Assembly: GCA_040905465.1 (NCBI GenBank)
Contig: JBBDRK010000029.1
Location: 30,685-56,799 of the forward strand
DNA: 26,115 nt
Direction of reading: 5' to 3'
From: Trueperaceae bacterium
Lineage (GTDB): Bacteria; Deinococcota; Deinococci; Deinococcales; Trueperaceae
Shown piece by piece: positions 9,143 through 17,461 of the stretch. The translations under genes and the position numbers were made by a program. Below the pieces are notes generated by a model that saw nothing but the letters and a program-made list of their open reading frames with translations, did not search any database and had not been told where the DNA came from. The first letter of the stretch is position 1. Each line of letters starts with the position of its first letter.

Positions 9143-9398
9143 GAGGCGCCGAAATCGCAGAGGTGCCTCGCCTTCCCTGCGGCGCGTTAGAACATCGTGA
9201 CCACGAAAGTTACATCCAGACCGATTTTCGCCTGGGCATTTAGCGGTGCCTTACCGGCATCCGACCCGAAAGTCGGCTACCGCCAGTGAAAAGCCCAGCC
9301 GCAAAGGCCGAAATCGCCTCCGTTTTGCAAGCTTTGTTACCACAGTGTTCCAACTGACCCAGGGAATTGCGACGGACCTCTCCCGCGAAAGCCGGCTC
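9143..9398 (-). ncRNA. Putative long rod-shaped structured RNA (unassigned family) or structured 3' UTR of gdhB
   Basis: Near-constant-register pairing from 9155/9388 inward to a three-way junction at 9241-9285. The A-C oppositions on the plus strand become G-U pairs on the minus strand. Boundaries are approximate. Confidence 0.55.
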
Positions 9399-9406
9399 GA
9401 GCGAGG

Positions 9407-12400
9407 CTACCCCCTCGGCAACTCGGCCTGGGACAGTAACCGGGCCAGCACGCCGGCACTGGCCAGCCCCAGCGCCTCCTCGTCGCGTATCTCGGCGAGC
9501 GCCTGGTCGAAGCGGCGCAGCAGGTTGGGATAGCGCCGCAGGTACTCCTCCGGATCGAGGTCCCCGTCGGCCGCCAGCGCCCTCAGATAGCCCTCGGTCA
9601 GGTCGCGCTGGACCCGCCTCAACTCCATGATCAGGCCTCCCAACGCGATCTTTTCCCACTTGCTCGTGGCCTGATGCGCCGACAGGCTGTCGCGAAGCCA
9701 GGCGAGTGAGAGACGCTCGCCCAGCGCGTAGAACCGCCGGGCCGCTTCGTCGAGCTTCACGCCGGTTCGCTGTGCAACGTCGATCACGCCGACGCTGGTA
9801 GGCAGGTAGTCGAAGGCGGCGACTTCGTCCGCCAGGTCCTTGGCGAACCCGTCCTGGCCCGCGCGTTTGCGCTGGCGCTGGTAGTGGCGCCGCTCGGAGG
9901 GCGGCAGGAAGCCGTGCAGCTTGCGCCGCAGGGTAGCCAGCGGCTCCCGATAGGTGGCCACGAACTCCGCTATCGGGGTGCGGGTCAGGTCGGAAAGGAG
10001 GATCCAGTTGACCATCCCCTCCACCGCCTCGACCAGCTCCGACAGCGCCCGGTATTGCGCGACCGCCGCCACCTCGTTGTCGAGCGCGAACATCTGCGTC
10101 AGGAACTCTTCGACCTCCAGGATCTCCAGGGCGATCAGTGCCGCCCGAATCACCTCTACCGGAGTCGCCCCGGTGTCGCGAATGGTCCTGTGCACGAAGG
10201 TGATACCCAGGATGTCAACGACGGTATTGGTGAACTGGGTGGCGATAATCTCGCGCCGTAGTGGGTGGCCCTCGATCCCTTGCCGAAAGCGTTCGGCCAG
10301 CTGCGCCGGGAAGTAACCGACGAGATAGTGCCGGAAGTGGGCCTCGTCGGGAAAGTCGGTCTCCAGCAGGCGGCGGTAGAGGCCCATCTTGGCGTACGCC
10401 AACAGCACCGCCAGCTCCGGCCGGGTGTAGCCCACGCCGGTGCGACGCCGTTCGGTCAGCTGCCGGGCCGACGGCATCGCCTCGACCTCGAGATCCAGGC
10501 CGCCGCGCTCCGCCAGGTAGGTCTGCAAGGACTCGAACAGGAGCGGATCGTGTCGGCTGCGCTCCTCGGCCAGCGACAGCGCCAGCGACTGGCGGTAGTT
10601 GTCGGCCAACACCAGGGCGCTGACCTCGTCGGTCATCTCCCGTAGCAACCGGTTGCGTTGGACGGCGGACAGCTCGCCCGATGCCAGGGCGGGCCGAAGC
10701 AGGATCTTGATGTTCACCTCGTGATCGGATAGGTCTACCCCGGCGGCGTTGTCGATTGCGTCGGTGTTGATCCGCCCGCCGGCCAACGCATATTCCACTC
10801 GCGCCCGTTGGGTGAGGCCGAGGTTTCCCCCCTCCCCCACGACCCGGCAGCGAAGCTCGTCGGCCGCCACCCGCACCAGATCGTTGGCGGTATCGCCGAC
10901 ATCGCGGTCGCTCTCGGCCGAGCTCCTCACATACGTGCCGATCCCGCCATTCCACAACAGGTCCACCTGTGCGCGCAGGATCGCCTTCACCAGCTCCTGG
11001 CCGCTAAGTACATCGGCCTCGCTGGCGAGCAGCTCCTTGGCCTCCGCGGTCAGCGGGATCGCCTTGGCGCTGCGGTCGAAAACGCCACCGCCCGGCGATA
11101 TCAGAGAGGTGTCGTAATCCCGCCAGGTCGAGCGCGGCATCTCGAAGAGCCGGCGCCGCTCGACGAAGCTGCTGGCCGCGTCCGGCTTCGGATCGAGGAA
11201 GATGTGCATGTGATTGAAGGCCGCCACCAGCCTGATTCGGTCGCTGTAGAGCATCCCGTTGCCGAAGACGTCTCCCGACATGTCGCCGATGCCGGCCACC
11301 GTGAACTCGTCGCGCCCTACGTCCAGGCCCATCTCGCGGAAGTGACGTGCAACGCACTCCCAGGCGCCGCGGGCGGTTATGCCGATCGCCTTGTGGTCGT
11401 AACCCTGCGAGCCGCCCGACGCGAAGGCGTCGCCCAGCCAGAAGTCGTACTCCGCGGCGGTCTCGTTCGCCAGGTCGGAGAAGGTGGCGGTACCCTTGTC
11501 GGCCGCGACCACGAGGTACGGATCGCTCTCGTCATAGATCACCAGTCCCTGCGGCGGTACCGACTCTCCGGCGACCATGTTGTCGGTCAGGTCGAGGAGG
11601 CCGCCGATGTAGGTGCGGTACTGCTGACGCACGTAACGCGCCAGCTCCTCGCGCTCGGCGGGAGCGTTCTTCAGCACGAATCCGCCCTTCGAGCCGACCG
11701 GGACGATGACAGCGTTCTTGGTCATCTGAGTCTTCATCAAGCCGAGCACTTCGGTCCGGAAGTCGTCGGGCCGGTCGGACCAGCGGATCCCCCCGCGCGC
11801 CACCTTGCCTCCGCGCAGGTGCACGCCCTCGACGCCGGGAGCTGAGACTCCGATCTCGAACAGCGGTCGCGGTTCCGGCATCAGCGTCACCTGCTGCGAG
11901 GAGATCTTGAATGAGATGTGCGGCTTGCCCTGGAAGAAGTTGGTCCGGACGGTAGCTTCCATCAGATTGAACAGGCCGCGAAGCGCCTGGTCCTCGGGCA
12001 GCGAGGAGACCTCCGCCAGATGCCCGTCGAACGTGTCGCGGGCCGCCTCCAGTTGCGCTCGCCTGTCCCCCTCGACCACTGGATCGAAGCGAACCCGGAA
12101 GTAGTCGAAGAGCGCCGCCGCCGCCCGCGGGTGGGTGATAAGCGTGTCGTAGAGGAAGCGGCGGCTGGTCACCGCCGAGAGCTGCCCGTAGTACATCTGG
12201 TACGCGCGGAGCAAGGAAACCTGGCGGATGTCGAGACCGGCGCCGAGAACCAGCCGGTTCAGCCGGTCGCTCTCGGCCACGCCGGCGAGCAGCTCCTCCA
12301 GCGCGCCAATCAGAAGCTCGCCCTGGGCCCTGACGTCGAGCGGACTGCCGCTGAGATCCTGCACCCGGAAGACGTCTATGCCCCGGTCGCCGTCCTCCAG

Positions 12401-14248
12401 TCGCGCCCAGTAGGAGATCTGCTCGAGCACTCGCAGGCCGGCGTTCTCGAGCACCGGCAGGACGTCGGAAAGCACCAGTGTGCGCCGGTGGTGATAGATA
12501 CGAAGCAGGCTCGCCGCCTCGCCGCGCGGCTCGGCCGGCGGGGCCAGAAGGTCGACTCGGAAGGGGGAATCGCCCAGCCGCTCGATGTTGTCGATGTCGA
12601 GCAGCGCGGCGCTCGGGCTGATGTCGGCCCGATAGCGTTCATCGAACGCCGTCAGATACCGCTCCGCCAGTCTGCGTCCAACCAGTTGGCCGTGACGCGA
12701 CAGCAGGCGCGCTTGAAGTTCGTCGACCCAGGTGCGCGCCAGTTCGGCCACCTCGTGCTCGAGGCCGCGAGCGTCGACGTCGCCAGCCGTGAGCGCAGTG
12801 GTGAAGAAGAAGTGGAAGCGCACCTGCTCCTCGTCCTCGCCCATGGCCAGTTGGTAGTCGACGTGAGTGGCCTGCAGCGCCGAGGCCAGGAAGCGCTGCA
12901 CCCGCCGTCGCACCTCGGCGTTGAAACGCTCGCGCGGCATGATCACCATCAGCGCCAGCCCGCGTGACAGCGGATCCGCTCGCAGCGTGAGTCGCACCTC
13001 GCGTTCCTGCTCGAGCGCCATGATCGTGCGGATGTCTCGGTGGAGCTGCTCGGCGTCCGACCAGAACAGCTCCTCTCGCGGCATGTTGTTGAAGATGGTG
13101 GTGATCTGCTTGTAATCGTGCGACTCGGGGATCGCCTGGTCGATCTCGAGGACCCGCCGCAACCGGCGGCGGAGGATGGGAATCTCGTCTACCGGCGCCG
13201 ACAACGCCTTGGAGGTGAACAGGCCGAGGAAGCGCTGCTCGCCGGTAACGAGGCCGCTTCTGGCGCTCTCCTTCTCCGCTGCCCCGTCCTCCTCCCCGGC
13301 GCCGCCAACGCCCAGCATCTTGACCCCGATATAGTCCATCCGCGCCGGGCGGTGCACGGTGGCCTCGGCGTTGGTCTTGGTAACTGTGAACACCCTCCCG
13401 CCGATGATCCGCTCGCGCAATCCCGCCGGGATCTCGTCGAGCGGCTTCGGTTCCAGGTAGCCGCTCTCCTCGACGCGTGACAGGATCCCCAGTCCCGACT
13501 CGGGCGCCACCTGCAGATAGCGCTTGCCGTTCGAGCTGCCGATCTGGTATTCGCGGTAGCCGAGGAAGACGAAATTGTCGTCGTCGAGCCAGTCCATGAA
13601 GTTGGCGTACTCGGCGAGCTCCTCGTCGCGCTCGCTGATGTCCAACTCCCGGTCGCGCTTCTGAAGGGCCAGCAGGTAGTCGCTCACCCGGCGCGCCTGC
13701 TCCCGCATCGGCTGGTAATCGCTGGTTGCGAGGATCACGTCTCCCAGCACCCGCCTCACCGAATCAGTCAGGTCGGTAAGGCGCGACTCCTGTTCCTCGC
13801 GCTCCAGGAACCAGATCTCGAAGGCTTCCTGGCGGCCCTCGCGCTGCCGCCCCGCCAACTCGACGATGGCGCCGCCGTCGTCTCGCCTGACGCTGTAGAT
13901 GGGGTGCAGCAGGTGATCGAGGCCGAACTCGCGGCGCCGCAGTTCGGCGCGGACAGAGTCCACGATGAACGGCCGGTCCCGCAGGCACAGGCGCAGCACG
14001 GTATAGGGCGCCTCCCAACCGTCAGCTTCGAACGTCGGGTTGAACACGTCGACGCTCATCTCCTGATGAGCGAGCGAGTCGAGGAATGCGAAACCTTCGG
14101 CGGCCATCGCGCTGAGACTCTCGGGGTCGAACGCTTCGAGGAACCGGGGATCGGACTTCTCGAAGAGGATCTCGGCAAAGGCGGTTACCAGAGGATCGCC
14201 ACCGGACTTCTCGATCCGGGTTCGCACCTGTTTCAGGGTGGCGGGCAT
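9407..14248 (-). CDS. gdhB: Large-type NAD-specific glutamate dehydrogenase (~1613 aa)
   Basis: EGVHLRGGKVARGGIRWSDR, EVLGLMKTQMTKNAVIVPVGSKGGF, DPYLVVAADKGTATFSDLAN, GIGDMSGDVFGNGML, GEGGNLGLTQ, INTDAIDNAAGVDLSDHEVNIKI. Start placed at ATG 14248; the ORF-track GTG 14320 overlaps a likely -10 (TATAGT, 14319-14324). Confidence 0.95.
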   Translation of the reverse strand: MPATLKQVRTRIEKSGGDPLVTAFAEILFEKSDPRFLEAFDPESLSAMAAEGFAFLDSLAHQEMSVDVFNPTFEADGWEAPYTVLRLCLRDRPFIVDSVRAELRRREFGLDHLLHPIYSVRRDDGGAIVELAGRQREGRQEAFEIWFLEREEQESRLTDLTDSVRRVLGDVILATSDYQPMREQARRVSDYLLALQKRDRELDISERDEELAEYANFMDWLDDDNFVFLGYREYQIGSSNGKRYLQVAPESGLGILSRVEESGYLEPKPLDEIPAGLRERIIGGRVFTVTKTNAEATVHRPARMDYIGVKMLGVGGAGEEDGAAEKESARSGLVTGEQRFLGLFTSKALSAPVDEIPILRRRLRRVLEIDQAIPESHDYKQITTIFNNMPREELFWSDAEQLHRDIRTIMALEQEREVRLTLRADPLSRGLALMVIMPRERFNAEVRRRVQRFLASALQATHVDYQLAMGEDEEQVRFHFFFTTALTAGDVDARGLEHEVAELARTWVDELQARLLSRHGQLVGRRLAERYLTAFDERYRADISPSAALLDIDNIERLGDSPFRVDLLAPPAEPRGEAASLLRIYHHRRTLVLSDVLPVLENAGLRVLEQISYWARLEDGDRGIDVFRVQDLSGSPLDVRAQGELLIGALEELLAGVAESDRLNRLVLGAGLDIRQVSLLRAYQMYYGQLSAVTSRRFLYDTLITHPRAAAALFDYFRVRFDPVVEGDRRAQLEAARDTFDGHLAEVSSLPEDQALRGLFNLMEATVRTNFFQGKPHISFKISSQQVTLMPEPRPLFEIGVSAPGVEGVHLRGGKVARGGIRWSDRPDDFRTEVLGLMKTQMTKNAVIVPVGSKGGFVLKNAPAEREELARYVRQQYRTYIGGLLDLTDNMVAGESVPPQGLVIYDESDPYLVVAADKGTATFSDLANETAAEYDFWLGDAFASGGSQGYDHKAIGITARGAWECVARHFREMGLDVGRDEFTVAGIGDMSGDVFGNGMLYSDRIRLVAAFNHMHIFLDPKPDAASSFVERRRLFEMPRSTWRDYDTSLISPGGGVFDRSAKAIPLTAEAKELLASEADVLSGQELVKAILRAQVDLLWNGGIGTYVRSSAESDRDVGDTANDLVRVAADELRCRVVGEGGNLGLTQRARVEYALAGGRINTDAIDNAAGVDLSDHEVNIKILLRPALASGELSAVQRNRLLREMTDEVSALVLADNYRQSLALSLAEERSRHDPLLFESLQTYLAERGGLDLEVEAMPSARQLTERRRTGVGYTRPELAVLLAYAKMGLYRRLLETDFPDEAHFRHYLVGYFPAQLAERFRQGIEGHPLRREIIATQFTNTVVDILGITFVHRTIRDTGATPVEVIRAALIALEILEVEEFLTQMFALDNEVAAVAQYRALSELVEAVEGMVNWILLSDLTRTPIAEFVATYREPLATLRRKLHGFLPPSERRHYQRQRKRAGQDGFAKDLADEVAAFDYLPTSVGVIDVAQRTGVKLDEAARRFYALGERLSLAWLRDSLSAHQATSKWEKIALGGLIMELRRVQRDLTEGYLRALAADGDLDPEEYLRRYPNLLRRFDQALAEIRDEEALGLASAGVLARLLSQAELPRG

Positions 14249-14396
14249 ACTATCATCTGCCTTTCGCGTGCACGAGGCGACTGCGCCTCCGGCCGCGGGT
14301 ATTCGGGCTATGCGGGTCACTATAACGAATCACCGGCTACCCTACCGAGTGCCCTGGTCCAGTGACTCGCCGACGGGCACACGGAGTTACGGAACG

Positions 14397-14402
14397 TATA
14401 CT
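14397..14402 (+). promoter_or_regulatory. Putative -10 element (TATACT) for leaderless lspA
   Basis: TATACT-ggcacg-ATG, 6-nt spacing, no SD. Confidence 0.7.
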
Positions 14403-14408
14403 GGCACG

Positions 14409-14954
14409 ATGTATCTGCTCCTAGCCGCGCTGCTCGTTGCGGCCGACCAGGCAACCAAGTGGTGGGCAAGAACCAGCTTCTCCGGTGGCGGGGCGCAGGA
14501 GCTTGGCCTCGGTTTCTCGTTCACGTATGTGAGCAACACCGGCGCCGCCTTCGGGCTACTTCGCGACCTCAACCTCGCGATCGGGCCGCTCACCGTCGAC
14601 GGGACCGTGCTGCTCGGCGTGCTCTCGGCGATCGTGGCGCTGCTGCTCGTCTGGTACCTGCTGAAGCGCGGGCAGATGGTGCCGCCGCTGCCGCGGTTCG
14701 CGCTGGCCCTGGTACTGGCCGGCGCCTTGGGTAACATGGTCGACCGGCTGTTGCTCGGTTTCGTCGTCGACTTCATTCACTTCCGGTCCGGCAACTTCGA
14801 CTTTCCGGTCTTCAATCTCGCCGACAGCTTCGTGGTGATCGGCGGCGCACTGCTGTTCCTGGGCGGCCTGACCGGCGATCCGATCGAGCGCGACGAGACC
14901 CGCTCCCTGGCGGAACCCGACTTTTTCAGAAAGCTTGACAGCAAAGACCGCTGA
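14409..14954 (+). CDS. lspA: Lipoprotein signal peptidase II
   Basis: DQATK, NTGAAFG, GALGNMVDR, VVDFI and FPVFNLADS motifs. Confidence 0.95.
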   Translation: MYLLLAALLVAADQATKWWARTSFSGGGAQELGLGFSFTYVSNTGAAFGLLRDLNLAIGPLTVDGTVLLGVLSAIVALLLVWYLLKRGQMVPPLPRFALALVLAGALGNMVDRLLLGFVVDFIHFRSGNFDFPVFNLADSFVVIGGALLFLGGLTGDPIERDETRSLAEPDFFRKLDSKDR

Positions 14955-14960
14955 GCCAGC

Positions 14961-15797
14961 TCAACGACGCAGCTCCAGAAAGCGCCGCCGACCGGCGAGG
15001 TCTTCGTGCACGCGCGCCGAACTCCAACCGGCCGCCTCGTTCGCGGCCGCTTCCACGTTGCGAGGATCGAGCTCCACGAGCAGCAGCGTACCCGGCGAGC
15101 ACACGCTCGCTGCCTGAGACAAGAGTCGCCGGAACACCGCGAGGCCGTCCGCGCCGGCATAGAGCGCGCCTTCCGGATCCCAGCGAACCTCCGGCTGGGC
15201 AGTCTCACGGTCGCCGTCCGGCAGATAAGGCGGGTTCGACACCAGCGCGTGAGCCTCGGCCGCGAAACCGGCTACCGGCTTCGCGGCCAGCAGGTCGGAC
15301 CCCTCGACCTCGATCTCCAGGCCCAACTCGGCGGCGTTGCGAGCGCTTACCGCCAACGCGATCGCCGAGACGTCACTGGCCATGACCCGGGCGTCCGGCC
15401 GCTCGCTCTTGATCGCAAGCGCCAGCGCACCGGCGCCGGTGCCGACGTCCAGCACACGGGGCGACGGGACGCCTCGCAACATCCTCAGCGCCAACTCCGC
15501 CAACCTTTCGGTCTCCGGCCGCGGTATGAGAACTCCGGGCTCGAGCCCGAGCCCCAGTCCGTAGAAGTGCGCACGACCGAGGATCAGCTGCAACGGCTCA
15601 CGCAGCTCCCGGCGCGCCGTCCAGTCACCCAGATTCCGGTGCTCGGCGAGGCTCAGGTTGCGCGGCTCCATCAGCAACCTCCCGCGGCTCTCGCCGGTGA
15701 CGGCTTCGATCAGTTGCCACGCTTCGGCCTCGGGGCTGGCGACCCCTGCCCTGGTCAGTCGCTCCGCCACCATCGGGTACGCCTGCTGAACCTTCAT
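14961..15797 (-). CDS. prmC: Release-factor glutamine N5-methyltransferase PrmC/HemK (~278 aa)
   Basis: REPLQLILG, VLIPRPETE, VLDVGTGAGALAL, SNPPY, EDLAGRRRF. Start ATG 15797 has no clear SD. Confidence 0.94.
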   Translation of the reverse strand: MKVQQAYPMVAERLTRAGVASPEAEAWQLIEAVTGESRGRLLMEPRNLSLAEHRNLGDWTARRELREPLQLILGRAHFYGLGLGLEPGVLIPRPETERLAELALRMLRGVPSPRVLDVGTGAGALALAIKSERPDARVMASDVSAIALAVSARNAAELGLEIEVEGSDLLAAKPVAGFAAEAHALVSNPPYLPDGDRETAQPEVRWDPEGALYAGADGLAVFRRLLSQAASVCSPGTLLLVELDPRNVEAAANEAAGWSSARVHEDLAGRRRFLELRR

Positions 15798-15826
15798 GCC
15801 GGCCGCCCTGTTGCCACTCCATCCAC
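15794..15826 (-). CDS. Putative leaderless 10-aa uORF (MDGVATGRPA) whose TGA overlaps the prmC ATG
   Basis: TATCAT (15833-15838), 6 nt, then GTG GAT GGA GTG GCA ACA GGG CGG CCG GCA TGA, with an ATGA overlap with prmC. Confidence 0.45.
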   Translation of the reverse strand: MDGVATGRPA

Positions 15827-15855
15827 CCGACCATGATAGGCACTCACCACGATGA

Positions 15856-15885
15856 CGGGCGGAGGACCTTTCGGCCCTCCGCCCG
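15856..15885 (-). terminator. Strong hairpin after the secreted-protein gene (probable terminator or 3' stabiliser)
   Basis: Minus strand cgggcggagggcc-GAAA-ggtcctccgcccg: 13-bp stem with a GNRA loop, 20 nt after the stop at 15906. The U-tract is weak. Confidence 0.7.
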
Positions 15886-15905
15886 CTCCGCACCCCGCTG
15901 CCCCG

Positions 15906-16604
15906 TCAGTCGCGTCCGTTGCCGACGCGATCTCCGGCTCCGACCCCCAAGCCGACATCGGCGCCACTCCCCGCGCCTTCGACGTCGACATCGACTTCCA
16001 CTTCCGCACCGACTTCCGTGTCGACTTCCGCCTCCGTCGCGCCGCGACCGGCACTGTCAGCGGCGCCGACGGCCCGGCCTCCGGCCTCCTCGGCGCGCTC
16101 CAGGCCGTCGGCCGCACGTTCGGCCGCCCTTTCGACAGGCAGGTCGCTGCCAACCGGACGCCCCGACGCATCGGCGTCGCCGGCTGCCCGGCCGTTGCCG
16201 CCGCCGCGACCATCCGCCGCTGCATTACCATTGCCGCCCGCTTCCCGCTTGCCGCCGCCGTCTACACCGACCTCGAACGCCAACCCGGCTCCGGCCACCG
16301 ACTGACCCATATCGACGAAGTCCCCTTCATCGCTTATCAGGATGCTTCCGTCGGCATCGACCACTACGTCGAGTGTCGCCAGTGCACCGTTCGTGCCCTC
16401 CACGACCAGCACGGCGAAGCCGCTGAAGTCCGGCGACAGCGTCAGTTCCAGGCGCCGCTCATCGACCGTTCCCACGCCCACCACGGTCTTGCCGTTGCTC
16501 GTTACCAGCGTCAGCCGGGATCCTGACTGCCAACCCCAGGCCAGGGCCGATGCCGAGATCAGCAGAGCCGCCGTCGCGGACGTAATAATCACGATTCGAC
16601 TCAT
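15906..16604 (-). CDS. Secreted hypothetical protein (~232 aa): signal peptide, beta-rich domain, Gly/Ala/acidic low-complexity tail
   Basis: SD AAGGAGG 5 nt before ATG 16604; MSRIVIITSATAALLISASALA signal peptide. Confidence 0.8.
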   Translation of the reverse strand: MSRIVIITSATAALLISASALAWGWQSGSRLTLVTSNGKTVVGVGTVDERRLELTLSPDFSGFAVLVVEGTNGALATLDVVVDADGSILISDEGDFVDMGQSVAGAGLAFEVGVDGGGKREAGGNGNAAADGRGGGNGRAAGDADASGRPVGSDLPVERAAERAADGLERAEEAGGRAVGAADSAGRGATEAEVDTEVGAEVEVDVDVEGAGSGADVGLGVGAGDRVGNGRD

Positions 16605-16621
16605 GGTCGCCTCCTTCAGCG

Positions 16622-16674
16622 AGTCTATGCAAGCGACCTGAACGGATGCTGACGGTAGCTGAAGCTGCATTAAG
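16622..16674 (-). promoter_or_regulatory. Promoter with -10 TAGACT and four direct repeats over the -35 region (candidate OmpR/PmrA-type binding site)
   Basis: Minus strand CTTAAT (16674), CTTCAG (16664), CGTCAG (16654), GTTCAG (16643), with 10/10/11-bp periodicity. TAGACT at 16622-16627. Confidence 0.6.
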
Positions 16675-16759
16675 GAAGAGGGCTCATGCTGTGGCCGGCG
16701 GGTGACGGCTCACGCCCACAGGTCATAGAATCCGAAGTGGCGGCCACCAGGAGGTGAAG

Positions 16760-17422
16760 GTGAAGGGAGCAACGATCCTCGTCGTCGAGGACGACCCGAA
16801 GTTGGCTATGCTGCTCAGTCAGGAGCTCGGCCACGAGGGTTACCAGGTCGACAAGGTAGGAACCGGCTCGGAGGCGTTGCTGCTGTCCGAGGATAAGGAG
16901 TTCGACCTGATTCTGCTCGACCTGAACCTGCCGGACTTCGACGGACTCGAGGTGGCCGAACTCATCCGCAAGCGGAGCGACGCCAGAATCCTGATGCTGA
17001 CCGCTCGAGCCGATGTCGACAGCCGGGTGAAAGGCCTCTACGCGGGAGCCAGCGACTACCTGGCAAAACCGTTCAGCATCCAGGAGCTGCTGGCGCGGGT
17101 GCATGCCCGGGTGCGCGAGCGGGAACGGAGCCAGGTCCTCGAGGCGGGCGCGGTCAAGCTGGACCCCACCGGCGCCTGGTGCAGCGTCGCGGACTCGCCG
17201 GTAACTCTCACGGCCCGCGAGTTCGAGCTCCTGGCGCTCCTGCTGGAGCACCGCGGTCGGATCTTCTCGCGCGAGGAGCTGGAGCGCCGGCTCTACCGCG
17301 ACGAGATGCCGGGGTCGAACACCATAGAGGTGTTCGTCTCCAAGCTGCGCACCAAGCTTCGCGATGCGGGCGAGCCCTCGCTGGTACAGACGGTGAGAGG
17401 GGCGGGCTATGTGGTGCCCTGA
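16760..17422 (+). CDS. OmpR/PhoB-family response regulator (QseB/PmrA-like)
   Basis: ILVVEDD, LLDLNLPDFDG, MLTAR, DYLAKPF, LTAREFELL, SNTIEVFVSKLRTKL, TVRGAGY. SD AGGAGG lies 5 nt before GTG 16760, and TAGAAT is at 16726-16731. Confidence 0.95.
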   Translation: MKGATILVVEDDPKLAMLLSQELGHEGYQVDKVGTGSEALLLSEDKEFDLILLDLNLPDFDGLEVAELIRKRSDARILMLTARADVDSRVKGLYAGASDYLAKPFSIQELLARVHARVRERERSQVLEAGAVKLDPTGAWCSVADSPVTLTAREFELLALLLEHRGRIFSREELERRLYRDEMPGSNTIEVFVSKLRTKLRDAGEPSLVQTVRGAGYVVP

Positions 17423-17461
17423 GACGAGCCGGCCGGATCGCGGATCGGCGGCGCGTCGGAG

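Noticed and set aside
9173-9366. Assignment of the rod as 6S RNA, SRP RNA, c-di-GMP riboswitch or hammerhead ribozyme
   Set aside because: No large central bubble typical of 6S and no SRP helix-8 motif. It lies between convergent genes, so it is not a 5' riboswitch, and it has no CUGAnGA core. Left unassigned pending an Rfam search.
9240-9659. ORFs 9240-9659 (-), 9246-9533 (+) and 9367-9630 (+) over the rod region
   Set aside because: They overlap gdhB, have no convincing SD or motifs, and no hydrophobic type I toxin-like peptide is evident.
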